DNA from: Candidatus Omnitrophota bacterium
GTDB lineage: Bacteria > Omnitrophota > Gorgyraeia > Gygaellales > Profunditerraquicolaceae
NCBI GenBank assembly: GCA_026387475.1
Contig: JAPLLN010000049.1
Span: forward strand, 16,556 to 80,555
Reading direction: 5' to 3'
DNA: 64,000 nt
Shown here: in pieces, positions 50,884 to 60,124 of the stretch
How the letters are laid out: the number at the start of each line of letters is the position of its first letter
Numbering within the stretch: position 1 is the stretch's first letter
Position numbers and translations under genes: made by a program
Notes under the pieces: model-generated
Seen by the model: the letters and a program-made list of their open reading frames with translations, nothing else
Told to the model about the DNA's origin: nothing
The model's database searches: none

Positions 50884-52569
50884 TTATTCTAAACGGTAGC
50901 TTACAGGCACCTCTACCCACAGATCTGCCTGCTGTATTGTGGGCGGGAATGGCGGATAGCTGGAAACACTCTTGGCGACATTCACTGAATTATCGTCGAG
51001 GACTTTATACCCCGAAGAAGAACTGACTGATACGTCAAGCAACTGACCTAAATAAGAAAGGTGAAGTTTTAATTTTGCCGTGCCTTCAAAACCCGACTGT
51101 TTTGCCGAAGCCGGATAAATAAGATTATCCAAAATCCTGCGCTGGACAACAGCCGCGTAATTCCTGATATTCTCCGGGATCGCCATGGCGGGCGCGGAGA
51201 CTTCTGCCTGGACCTTGGAATCTGCCACAGGCATAGAGGTAGTTGTTTTCTTTGCCGTCGCCTTGATCGCCTTGACAATAGCCGGAGTAAGGGTTACAAA
51301 CAGCTCCGTATCCCCGCGGTTTCCCGCTCCGCCGCCGGTGGACTTGACGGTCTGCCTGAACATTGCGCCCAAAATAGGTATATCGCTGAAGAACGGGGTT
51401 TTTCTTACCTGGTCTTCTTCTTTCTGTTTGATCAACCCGCCGATCAGCAAAGTCTGCTCGTCATTAAGATAAAGTTCGGTGGTGAAATTACGCTTGGATA
51501 AAGGATAAGCCTTGGCAGTAATGGAAGTGGTGGTCCCGATAGTCTCCGCTTCTCCGACTTCGCTTACCTGGACATAAACCGAGAGCTTGATCCTGTTGTC
51601 TTCAGTCACCGTCGGCTTGACCTTCAGCTTGATGCCGAATTCTTTATATTCTATCTGCACGCCGCTGTTTACCTGTGTAGTAAAAGTTGAGAACGTAGGT
51701 TTTTCTCCGCCGACAAACATCTCCGCTTCTTTCCCGCTCTGGCAAGTCAGCCTCGGCCGGCTTAAAATGCGCGCCTTCCCGTCCCTTACCAAGGCATCCA
51801 GCGACCAGGTAAATGCCGCGCGTCCGTAATTGGATATCTGGAATAATTTATCCAGGTGCGAGCCCGTAAAAGTGCGCGTAAACGATTCGGTAGACCCGGG
51901 ATTAGCCCCGCCTGCGGTAGCGGTCACTGTTGTCGCGCCCACGCCGGGTATCCCGGGAGAGCCGATTTCGGTAACCGTAATATTCCCCGGCCAGCTGAAA
52001 CCCAGAGTGCTCGTCGAATCTTTATTCATCTCCAGGACCTGCACGTCGATCTCTATCGAGGTCTCTTCTTCCTTTATATTGATCAGGTCGACTGTCTTGG
52101 CCTTTAAAGTGCCCAGCGCCGTCGCTATTCTTTCTTTGTCCGCCGCGGTCTTCACAGCACCCAAAAGCATGATCTTATTTTCTTCGTCCGCTGCCCGGGT
52201 ATAAACATTAGGCAAGTCCAGGTCTTTTATTATTGCGTCCACCCGCTCCTTGATCACATCCATATTCTCGATTACGACTTTTACTTTATAAGACTGCTCG
52301 CCGAAACCGTCCCAGATGACCAGGGTAGTCGTCCCTAATGATTTAGGATTGATGGTCACTTCGTTTTTATTCACGTTGGCTACATCCGCGACATTAGGGT
52401 TGCCCACTACGACGCGGTAGGCGTTATTTACCGCCACCACCTTAGGTTCTCCCATATACACCTTAAGCACTTCCGGATTCTCGTCGCCGACTAAGGCGTA
52501 ATTGCATAAAGGCAGGAACGCGTTAAGACAAAACATTACGAAAATTCCGAGCAGTAATTTGTTTTTCAT
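50884..52569 (-). CDS. cpaC: RcpA/CpaC secretin with a C-terminal TonB-C domain
   Basis: VVVGNPNVADV..GTTTL; ILSRPRL..GKEA; YKEFGIKL; KTPFFSDIPILGAMF; C-terminal YPASAKQSGFEG..SSGYKVLD..VPVSYRL. Confidence 0.92.
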   Translation of the reverse strand: MKNKLLLGIFVMFCLNAFLPLCNYALVGDENPEVLKVYMGEPKVVAVNNAYRVVVGNPNVADVANVNKNEVTINPKSLGTTTLVIWDGFGEQSYKVKVVIENMDVIKERVDAIIKDLDLPNVYTRAADEENKIMLLGAVKTAADKERIATALGTLKAKTVDLINIKEEETSIEIDVQVLEMNKDSTSTLGFSWPGNITVTEIGSPGIPGVGATTVTATAGGANPGSTESFTRTFTGSHLDKLFQISNYGRAAFTWSLDALVRDGKARILSRPRLTCQSGKEAEMFVGGEKPTFSTFTTQVNSGVQIEYKEFGIKLKVKPTVTEDNRIKLSVYVQVSEVGEAETIGTTTSITAKAYPLSKRNFTTELYLNDEQTLLIGGLIKQKEEDQVRKTPFFSDIPILGAMFRQTVKSTGGGAGNRGDTELFVTLTPAIVKAIKATAKKTTTSMPVADSKVQAEVSAPAMAIPENIRNYAAVVQRRILDNLIYPASAKQSGFEGTAKLKLHLSYLGQLLDVSVSSSSGYKVLDDNSVNVAKSVSSYPPFPPTIQQADLWVEVPVSYRLE

Positions 52570-52574
52570 ATTTT

Positions 52575-53471
52575 TTATTTGTATACGGGGACCCTCTCCT
52601 TCTGAAGGCCATGATATACTTCGATGAAACTTATAGGTTTAGGCTCATCCGCTCTTTGCTGCGGAGGCATGACATACTGGAAAAGAGTATCCCATGTCGC
52701 TAATTGCGTGGGCTCGACCTTGGCATCCGTCGGAGAGCGCAGGACCAGGCGTATCTTACCCTGCTCCTGGACAAAAGACAAAAGGCCGGCCTCCTTGGGC
52801 GAAAGCGCCAAAGTTATCAGAGCAGAGGACTCGGTCGCCTGCTGCTTGCCGTATCTGGCAAGCTGTTCCATTGCCGGGGCTGTTCCGCCTGTCTCCTGGC
52901 CTACGGCAAGTATCAAGACATTCTGGAAAAGAGGTATAGAGGTAAGCTGCGTCACGGGCCTGCCTTCGACAACTTGTATCGGGATATTTACCAGCGCGAT
53001 GACATCGACATAGTCTCCGGCTTTGATCATCCCGACGAGTGTTGAGGCGTTATCCGCGACGATCGTTATAGCGCGCTTGCCTACGGGAGTAAGAGAGGCG
53101 AGATCGCCGGAACGCTTAAAAGAAAGTTTGTCCAGCGTTACCTGTTCGCCTTTTGATATAGGAGCGACCGTAAGCATGCCGGATATTCTGTCCACGGACT
53201 TGACCGCCCCGCCTTCTACGCGGTTATTGGGGACTATTTTTGCTTCCAGCCAATCGGGGTCGATCACGACTCCCTGCGCGATATCTTTTTTAGCAATCAG
53301 CACCGGGGTCTGGTTCGCCTGAATAGCTTCCAGTTCCTGTTTGGCGCGCAATCTGGCGGCGCGGTTCTGCTCGTCAAGGTAAACCTTGATCATAAATATC
53401 GCGATCAACGCCAGGCCGATACCGATGATAAGTATTATCTGCTGTTTCTGCAGTTGAATGGGTAGGCGCAT
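52575..53471 (-). CDS. cpaB: Flp pilus assembly protein CpaB/RcpC
   Basis: SAF domain, GKRAITI, GDYVDV, FQNVLILAVG, LVLRSP. Confidence 0.92.
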   Translation of the reverse strand: MRLPIQLQKQQIILIIGIGLALIAIFMIKVYLDEQNRAARLRAKQELEAIQANQTPVLIAKKDIAQGVVIDPDWLEAKIVPNNRVEGGAVKSVDRISGMLTVAPISKGEQVTLDKLSFKRSGDLASLTPVGKRAITIVADNASTLVGMIKAGDYVDVIALVNIPIQVVEGRPVTQLTSIPLFQNVLILAVGQETGGTAPAMEQLARYGKQQATESSALITLALSPKEAGLLSFVQEQGKIRLVLRSPTDAKVEPTQLATWDTLFQYVMPPQQRADEPKPISFIEVYHGLQKERVPVYK

Positions 53472-53472
53472 A

Positions 53473-54375
53473 TTATTTTATTTTCCCTTCGTAGATCTCG
53501 ATGCGGGCGGAGCTGGAGAGCTTCCCGACGAGGTCATCAAGCTTCTGCTGCTGTTTTAGAAAGGTCAGCCCCTTCTTGATATCTTCCCACATGTCCGTCA
53601 GTGATTTTTGCTGTCCGCCTTTTTTGGCTTCCAGCTTAATGATGCAATAACCGTCGGGAGTCTTAAATACCGAGCTTACGCGGCCTACGTCCAGCGTGTC
53701 CGCGAAAGCCACCGCGTCAAACTGAACACTCTTAGTACCTTTCTTAACGTAGCCGAGGTCTCCGCCGTTCTTGGCGCTTGCGCTCTTAGACTTTTCTTTG
53801 GCCAGGCTGGCGAAATCAGCGCCCTGCAAAAGCTGGATAAGAATATCGCGGGCATCCTGCTCCGACCCGACGACTATCTCTCTGATCTCTCTCTGTTCAG
53901 GGTCTTTCAACTGATCCTTATATTTATTGTAATAGTCTTCGATCTCGGCGGAGCTGACATCCGTAGTCTCGGCGATCTGTTTGACCAAGACCATCAGCAG
54001 AAGTTCCTGGCGGGTCTTCTGCAAAACGCGCGTAACGTCTTCGTTGCGGTCAAGCCCTTTATCCGCCGCGTCCTGCGCCAGAAGCGTGCGCCGGATCAAA
54101 TCGTTTTTAAGATGATTTACTTTCTGTTCCTTGGTGGTGATCTTTAACTCCGGCTTATCCTCCGGGACGCTGGAGTTGTATACGTTGATATCCTGATCCA
54201 GGTCGTCCTGGGTAATGACCTCATTATTTACCTTAGCCACTACCGTGCCTGATTTCACTTCCGAACCAAGCGATATATTGACAGCCGCTTTCTTCCCTTG
54301 GAAGAGGCCGATCTTATCGCAACCGGTCAGCGATACGGCAATGAACAGCGATACTATAAAGATGAATACTCTCAT
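53473..54375 (-). CDS. PpiC/parvulin-type peptidyl-prolyl isomerase lipoprotein
   Basis: LTGC lipobox; GADFASLAKEKS..NGGDLG..KTPDGY. Confidence 0.9.
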   Translation of the reverse strand: MRVFIFIVSLFIAVSLTGCDKIGLFQGKKAAVNISLGSEVKSGTVVAKVNNEVITQDDLDQDINVYNSSVPEDKPELKITTKEQKVNHLKNDLIRRTLLAQDAADKGLDRNEDVTRVLQKTRQELLLMVLVKQIAETTDVSSAEIEDYYNKYKDQLKDPEQREIREIVVGSEQDARDILIQLLQGADFASLAKEKSKSASAKNGGDLGYVKKGTKSVQFDAVAFADTLDVGRVSSVFKTPDGYCIIKLEAKKGGQQKSLTDMWEDIKKGLTFLKQQQKLDDLVGKLSSSARIEIYEGKIK

Positions 54376-54392
54376 TGATCCTCCGATTAAAG

Positions 54393-54635
54393 TTATTCCT
54401 TTTTGATTTCGTTGATGATCTTGATCAGAAGCTGGGCGATCTTGGCGATGATGTAGAAAAAGAAGAAAAAGAAAGCGTAGACCCCCAGAATGATCAAGCC
54501 CATCCAGCGCGGATAACCCTGGGCCAGGCCTAAGGTTATGGAGATGCCGCTGACTAAACCGAAAAACAAAAAAATCCAGGCCGCAATTTTAACTACGACA
54601 CTGGATACCTGTAAGAATTCTAGATGCTCGCGCAT
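54393..54635 (-). CDS. Small two-TM membrane protein
   Basis: 80-aa hydrophobic ORF with an AGGAGG RBS. Confidence 0.8.
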   Translation of the reverse strand: MREHLEFLQVSSVVVKIAAWIFLFFGLVSGISITLGLAQGYPRWMGLIILGVYAFFFFFFYIIAKIAQLLIKIINEIKKE

Positions 54636-54700
54636 TACCCCTCCTTATATTATCTAAATTTTAGCGTAAACTCGAAAAAATGCAAGAAAAATTTTGATTT

Positions 54701-56761
54701 TTATTTTTTCAGTTCCTTTTCCTTTTGCGCTATCCTTTGGGAGAGTTCAACATCCTGCGAATTATAAAGTTTAGCCTCTGCGAGAAACCTTCGCGCCTCT
54801 TCGGCGCGGTTAGTCGCGGCATAAAGGCAGCCTAACTGGTAACAGGCGGAGGCGTTTTTCTTCTTCAGTTTATTGGCCCGTAAAAGCGCTTGCTCTGCCG
54901 GCTTATATTCCTTGAGCGCGATCAAAGATTCCCCCAGATCAGTTAAAATCTCGGCGTTCTTGGGCATAAGGAGCGCGCCTTTGCGCAAATTCTCAAACGC
55001 ATCCTGCGCCAGACCCTTACGCAACGCTACTCTTCCCAGCACGTGAAAGGCCTCGGCGCAATCAGGCATGATGCGCAGCGCCTCGCGGGCTTCGCTAACT
55101 GCTGCGGCGTCTTCCCGCAGAAGGTCCAAGAACTTAGCCCGCTTAATATAAGGTAAAGGATAGATGTGCCTGATACCCAGAGGCTTTAGATCTGCGGACA
55201 GGGCGCCGTATTTGCTAAAATTTATGCCGAATTTATCGATCAGGTCTTTGTTAGCGGCTTCTTTCTTTAAAAATACCGCGGCTGATTCGTCAAAGAATAC
55301 CAGCCTCCATTGCGCATCCGCGTAGATGACCCTGGCTAAGGCGGGAAAGTCCGTGGACGAGCCCGTAAATATTGCAGCGCCGATATTGTACTTCTCTTCT
55401 ATCGCCTTAAAGGTAGGCGCGCTCCCTTTCATGGCGTCCATGTATTCTTTAAAGAACTCCGGGCCGTAGAACTCGGTGCGTCCGTCGATAAAAACCCTTT
55501 TGCGCGGATAGGCCTTCCCGATAAGGTATGCCCCGGAATTAAAATCATTGAAGATATTCGCCTGAATATTGTTGTCCAGGATAAACTCGACCGCCTTCTT
55601 AGGATAGCGCTTCTCATTGATGCCTATATGCTGACTCATAAACTTACCGGAATCAAAATCGTAGTAGCTTCCGACAGAGATGCTGTCTATTCTGCACCAG
55701 ATCCAGAAAATAAAAAGAACGGCCAGAACATTACGGATCAAGAAATACGCCGCTATGCGCCATGCCTCCCGGCCCTTGAGGCGCTTTTCCAGGAAATTCA
55801 AAAGAGGCGCGCCGTAAATCACGATAACGGTGAATGCGGCAAAGACAAAGAACATGACATTGCGCTGCGTAAGCGCGAATAAGAAAAAGGCCAGCGTCAA
55901 CACCGCGTCCGCAGGCTTGATCTTCTTAAAATTTAGCGCGAGGACCGCAAAACACAGTAAAACAAACCAATAAAAATAATTCCAGGAAAAATTATGCAGC
56001 CCGAATGTCGGGCGCAGCTCCTGGATATATTCAAAGAATATATTCGCCCTCCCGGCCAAGGCCTCTTTGAGGACAAATGCCGGATAAAGAGCGCCCCTTA
56101 ATCCGTTTGGATTTATAAGACAGGCAGCTAAGCTGGCGGCAAAAAGCAGCCAACCCTGGCGGCTGGAGCGCCTGAAGATCAAAATGAGCAAAGGCCCGAG
56201 GAAAAAGTATCCGTGAAAATTTACCCATAACGCCTGCAACGGGATCAGCAGCCAGATGATCTTCTTGTTGGGATAGAACTTCAAAAGATAGAGAAAGAAA
56301 CCGAAAAATAAAACGCTGAAAATATCCGGACGGATATTAAAACGGCTGGATGAAGCTGACACGGCCAGAAACAAAAGCAACGCTATTTCAAAATAATTCT
56401 TTATTTTCTTGCGCGCGACGAGGAATAGGATAAAAAAAGCGAAAAACAAAGCGTAGCAGGAAAAAAGTATGAGCCCTTCGGCGTGGGCAAAGTTATAGAT
56501 CAGATAGGAAAATAGCTGGAAGAGCGGCTCGTGGTCGACCCAGGGTTGAGCGGGAAGAGTAAAAGAGAAAATATCGTGCAGGGGGACGGCCTTATTCTGC
56601 CAGATGAGCTCCCCGCTTTTAAGATGGAGCCAGATGTCCAGGTCGAATATGGCCAGGTGGCTCATGATAAAGATCAGGCAGAAGACGCTGATAACGGCAA
56701 GCGCGCCCAGGAGCTTATCCAGCCTGAACCCTATCCTCTTCGCGTCTTGGAAATTGATCAT
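54701..56761 (-). CDS. Multi-TM GT-C-like putative glycosyltransferase with C-terminal TPRs
   Basis: DLDIWLHLKSG, PWVDHE, RP, LWVNFHG, INPNG, VFIDGR, about 11 TMs and a TPR tail. Start probably ATG 56761. Confidence 0.75.
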   Translation of the reverse strand: MINFQDAKRIGFRLDKLLGALAVISVFCLIFIMSHLAIFDLDIWLHLKSGELIWQNKAVPLHDIFSFTLPAQPWVDHEPLFQLFSYLIYNFAHAEGLILFSCYALFFAFFILFLVARKKIKNYFEIALLLFLAVSASSSRFNIRPDIFSVLFFGFFLYLLKFYPNKKIIWLLIPLQALWVNFHGYFFLGPLLILIFRRSSRQGWLLFAASLAACLINPNGLRGALYPAFVLKEALAGRANIFFEYIQELRPTFGLHNFSWNYFYWFVLLCFAVLALNFKKIKPADAVLTLAFFLFALTQRNVMFFVFAAFTVIVIYGAPLLNFLEKRLKGREAWRIAAYFLIRNVLAVLFIFWIWCRIDSISVGSYYDFDSGKFMSQHIGINEKRYPKKAVEFILDNNIQANIFNDFNSGAYLIGKAYPRKRVFIDGRTEFYGPEFFKEYMDAMKGSAPTFKAIEEKYNIGAAIFTGSSTDFPALARVIYADAQWRLVFFDESAAVFLKKEAANKDLIDKFGINFSKYGALSADLKPLGIRHIYPLPYIKRAKFLDLLREDAAAVSEAREALRIMPDCAEAFHVLGRVALRKGLAQDAFENLRKGALLMPKNAEILTDLGESLIALKEYKPAEQALLRANKLKKKNASACYQLGCLYAATNRAEEARRFLAEAKLYNSQDVELSQRIAQKEKELKK

Positions 56762-57153
56762 AAGGTATAACAAAAAACTGGTAGCCCTAATCGAAAACAG
56801 GTGGAACGAAATTGTATCCGAATTAGGACAACTATATCAGTTCAATGAGCTTTGCAGCTCGTTAACTATAAGTAATTAAACCGATTATATCAAATATGGA
56901 TACCAAGTCAATAAGGAAATCTTATAGCGGGTAAGAAAAGATGCTGCAAAGCGGAGCACAGGAGAGAATTTTAGCGGAAGATGAAGCACGATAAGAAGTT
57001 AGGGCAAAAACGGGCTATGTCGTTTATGTCGCAAATAACTGAAGGCACCGCAGGATTAGACTGCTTCTTATGATTTGAACTACTTTAGTAGGGTCTTAGC
57101 AGTGAGAGCCAATATATACAATTATATAAAAAGAGGTATTAGGAAAGAATGTT

Positions 57154-57768
57154 TTACTGTGCTTCTTCTACTGACATAGATAACGTTTTGATATTCGGGA
57201 GACCAATTCGGTTTAAATAAGAAAAAAATCGTTGTGAAAGGCGTTCGCGGAACAATTCATTTATCGTTGCAAGATAGAATTTTTTATATTTTTCCTCAAA
57301 ATAACAGAATGGAACTGAATAGTGTATTTTGAAATCAATGACCATTTCAGGAATCTGAAGAGCTACATCACTATGAAGAAATTGATATCGTGGGTCGCTA
57401 TTCTTTTTAATGAATTTCCACAAGTCGCTTCCAATATTTACGGGTTTGACTGAAAACAATTCTTTTAAGTGTTCGCCCTGTTTTACAAGTTCAGCTGGAA
57501 ATGCTGGAAGAATTAAAATATTGGGCAGGTATTGATTGAATTCGATTAACCCTTCGGGGGTAGGTTTCGCTACTTTCTTCTTTTCTCCTTCTTCAAGGTC
57601 ACAGTCTTGACTAATAACAATGACATAAGGAAATTTTAAGTCAACTTGGGCGCTACCTTTTCCAATAATATAAAATTGTACATCCCTTAATATGTCGCCC
57701 TGACATATCCTTTGACAATTGTGCTTCTCATAAACGGTTGTTATTTTGCTTTTCAACATATCCAACAA
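57154..57768 (-). CDS. Hypothetical protein (QGD..SQDCDL type), third gene of the TIGR04255-like cassette
   Basis: QGDIL, VISQDCDL, FFSYLNRIG. Confidence 0.75.
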   Translation of the reverse strand: MLDMLKSKITTVYEKHNCQRICQGDILRDVQFYIIGKGSAQVDLKFPYVIVISQDCDLEEGEKKKVAKPTPEGLIEFNQYLPNILILPAFPAELVKQGEHLKELFSVKPVNIGSDLWKFIKKNSDPRYQFLHSDVALQIPEMVIDFKIHYSVPFCYFEEKYKKFYLATINELFRERLSQRFFSYLNRIGLPNIKTLSMSVEEAQ

Positions 57769-57943
57769 CGTGAGCAGTAGCTCTGCTTAAAATATATCTC
57801 CGATTTTTTACAGCATCAGCAAAATTACCGATAGCTACTTCTGCGCTTGCCTCGTTTCCTATATCTTGATGAACTGTTTGAGAAAAACCTGCTCCAGTCG
57901 TTGATTGAATAAAATAATTATAAGCAATCAGATAATCTTCCAT
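57728..57943 (-). CDS. Small hypothetical protein in the TIGR04255-like cassette
   Basis: Starts immediately after the upstream stop and overlaps the downstream gene. Confidence 0.5.
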   Translation of the reverse strand: MEDYLIAYNYFIQSTTGAGFSQTVHQDIGNEASAEVAIGNFADAVKNRRYILSRATAHVVGYVEKQNNNRL

Positions 57944-58702
57944 CTACTCTACCTCCATTATCTCTCTCAAGCCATCTTTTATGCTCTTTTCAAATAACCC
58001 ATCTGCTTCATCATTAAATCTCTCAATACAGTCAAAAACATTACTTTCGTTAAAATCCTGTGTAAAAAAATCAAAATCTAATATAAATTCTTTTCGTCTA
58101 ATTTTTGCAGGAAATTCACTATTAATAAAACCATACGTAAAATTGACTTTATAATCATCGTGATTTATTACAACTTGGCTCATCGCTCTCGATACATCTT
58201 CTTTATTATCGAGAAATTTGTTTACTACATAAGTTAATGAAGAATCAATGTGTCGCCCCCATTCAAATGGATTACCCGTTTCTAAACGTATTTGATTTAT
58301 ATATCTTAAACCTAATCGATTATATTTAGACGGTTTGTAGAGTTCAATAAAAGACGCGATTACTTTTTTAGTAATAGTATCGAACTCCGTAAAATGTTGA
58401 TATTTAAAAAACTCTATCGATATATGATTGAAGGTGAGGCTTATCTTTTTTGTCTTATTTTCATCAAAGAAAATGTAAATAGGGTATTCTTTTCTCTCAT
58501 CTATCATTTGAGCCTTATTTACAGTAGCTTTATATTCTACTAAATTATTTACTTCGCGTTTCGGAAAGACACCGCTTACTTTTGCAGTAAAGTTATCTGC
58601 ATTTTGCTTTAAAGCGTGTTCGGCTATCGGGGCAAAATCAATTCTGCAGATAACGTTCGTGAGGAAGTTTTTCTTATAAATTATTTTTTTAGGCTTGGGC
58701 AT
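57944..58702 (-). CDS. TIGR04255-like protein
   Basis: YKKNFLTNVICRIDF, RLGLRYIN, FILDFD. Confidence 0.8.
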   Translation of the reverse strand: MPKPKKIIYKKNFLTNVICRIDFAPIAEHALKQNADNFTAKVSGVFPKREVNNLVEYKATVNKAQMIDERKEYPIYIFFDENKTKKISLTFNHISIEFFKYQHFTEFDTITKKVIASFIELYKPSKYNRLGLRYINQIRLETGNPFEWGRHIDSSLTYVVNKFLDNKEDVSRAMSQVVINHDDYKVNFTYGFINSEFPAKIRRKEFILDFDFFTQDFNESNVFDCIERFNDEADGLFEKSIKDGLREIMEVE

Positions 58703-58854
58703 CTTATTTAACTGGAAGTCACTACTATAGGAGAATTATAACATTGTAGAAGAAAATATCAATTAAAATTATTATGGCAAATAGGCTTGCCCGAAATAAT
58801 ACAGGGAACCACTGCAACATCTTTACTCTTTAGTTTTATTCCGGAGGATTCAAA

Positions 58855-59130
58855 CTATAAATTATTTTCAGCTTCTTTGATGAACCTGCTTAATGGTAGA
58901 TTTAACGCCATAGCTATTTTGTATCCGACACCAATCCCCATATCTACCTTGCCCAATTCGATTTTACTGACATAAGTGCGATGTATCTCCGCCATATCAG
59001 CAAAATTCTCTTGGGAAAGATTCAGCTTGTGGCGTCTTCTTCTAATAGCAATCCCAAGCTCCTGCCTGAATTTTTTAGTCTTGATTTGTCTTTCCATAAG
59101 GTTTATAATCTCATAATGTAGCCTATTCAT
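58855..59130 (-). CDS. XRE/HTH_3 transcriptional regulator
   Basis: LSQENFADMAEIHRTYVSKIELG. Confidence 0.9.
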   Translation of the reverse strand: MNRLHYEIINLMERQIKTKKFRQELGIAIRRRRHKLNLSQENFADMAEIHRTYVSKIELGKVDMGIGVGYKIAMALNLPLSRFIKEAENNL

Positions 59131-59198
59131 CTACATACGATAGTCTACAAAATATAAGACGAGTAACCTTGTATTTTCCAAAAGGAAATGGAGAGATT

Positions 59199-59960
59199 AT
59201 GAATAAATTATTAGTGCTGTTCGTTGCTTCATATTTTATTGTAATTGAATTCCTTTATGCTGCCCCTGTGGATGTGCCTACAGTAATTCAGGGTCTGGAA
59301 GGTAACATCTTCAAAGATAAAAAATTAGGCATAGCACTATCAATAGCTGGTGAAACAGATTTTTTAAGTTCAAGAAAATTAGATGAGGCAGATTGGTGGG
59401 GTGGTGGCACTTCAAAAGTAAAAGGTCAATTTTATACCACCAAGATAATCCTAACAGTTATCAATAAATTTGATATTTATGGTATTTTCGGGAAAGCAGA
59501 GAATTTGGAATCCAGAGATGCACAAGGAGGTAGCACTAAACCTAAAGATAAGCTTACTTGGGGTGCAGGATTAAGTATGCCTATTTATGAATGGAAGAAT
59601 TATGGTATTAAGTTTTTTGCTGATACGAAATACAGGGCAGTAAATAATATTGACTATAATAGCAATATTCAACAACCTCCTTCCCTGACTGGCGATATCC
59701 TGCCGAAATTTCTGGTGGATTGGCAAGAATGGCAAGTTGCTTTTGGCGCAGCCAAGAAATTTAAGTATTTTATGCCTTACGGTGGTCTTAAGTATTCTGA
59801 TTTCAAAGAACTTAGTGGAGATAGAGCTAACTATGCTGACACTAATGTTGGAATATTTGTTGGTTGTGCTATAACTCCAATAAAGGAATTTTCTGTTGAC
59901 TTGCAGGTTCGCGTTGTTGACGAAACAGCAGTTGCAATAAAAGCTACTTATAAATTTTAG
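59199..59960 (+). CDS. Outer-membrane beta-barrel, chlamydial-MOMP-like
   Basis: Signal peptide; WQEWQVAFG..FMPYGGLKYS; VRVVDETA; C-terminal YKF. Confidence 0.7.
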   Translation: MNKLLVLFVASYFIVIEFLYAAPVDVPTVIQGLEGNIFKDKKLGIALSIAGETDFLSSRKLDEADWWGGGTSKVKGQFYTTKIILTVINKFDIYGIFGKAENLESRDAQGGSTKPKDKLTWGAGLSMPIYEWKNYGIKFFADTKYRAVNNIDYNSNIQQPPSLTGDILPKFLVDWQEWQVAFGAAKKFKYFMPYGGLKYSDFKELSGDRANYADTNVGIFVGCAITPIKEFSVDLQVRVVDETAVAIKATYKF

Positions 59961-60076
59961 GCATAAAGAGAACTGGACTGCTCGAGACATAAAGGATACT
60001 CCGGACGACATAAGAAAAACGCTTCCTCTCGATAATTTACCTCCCATTCTTCCAAACTACCCCGTAGAAATATCGC

Positions 60077-60104
60077 TTGACAAAAGTGAACGCGTATGTA
60101 TAAT
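60077..60104 (+). promoter_or_regulatory. Consensus sigma70 promoter
   Basis: TTGACA-N16-TATAAT. Confidence 0.75.
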
Positions 60105-60124
60105 TTAATAAACAGGAGATTGCT

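Noticed and set aside
32690-56770. Plus-strand ORFs overlapping the Tad and secreted-protein genes
   Set aside because: They are antisense shadows of well-supported minus-strand genes, except 45898-47679 and RAYT.
56770-56860. Complete tRNA gene
   Set aside because: Only a 9-nt 3'-end-like fragment is present. No T-loop or cloverleaf is visible, so the isotype cannot be assigned.
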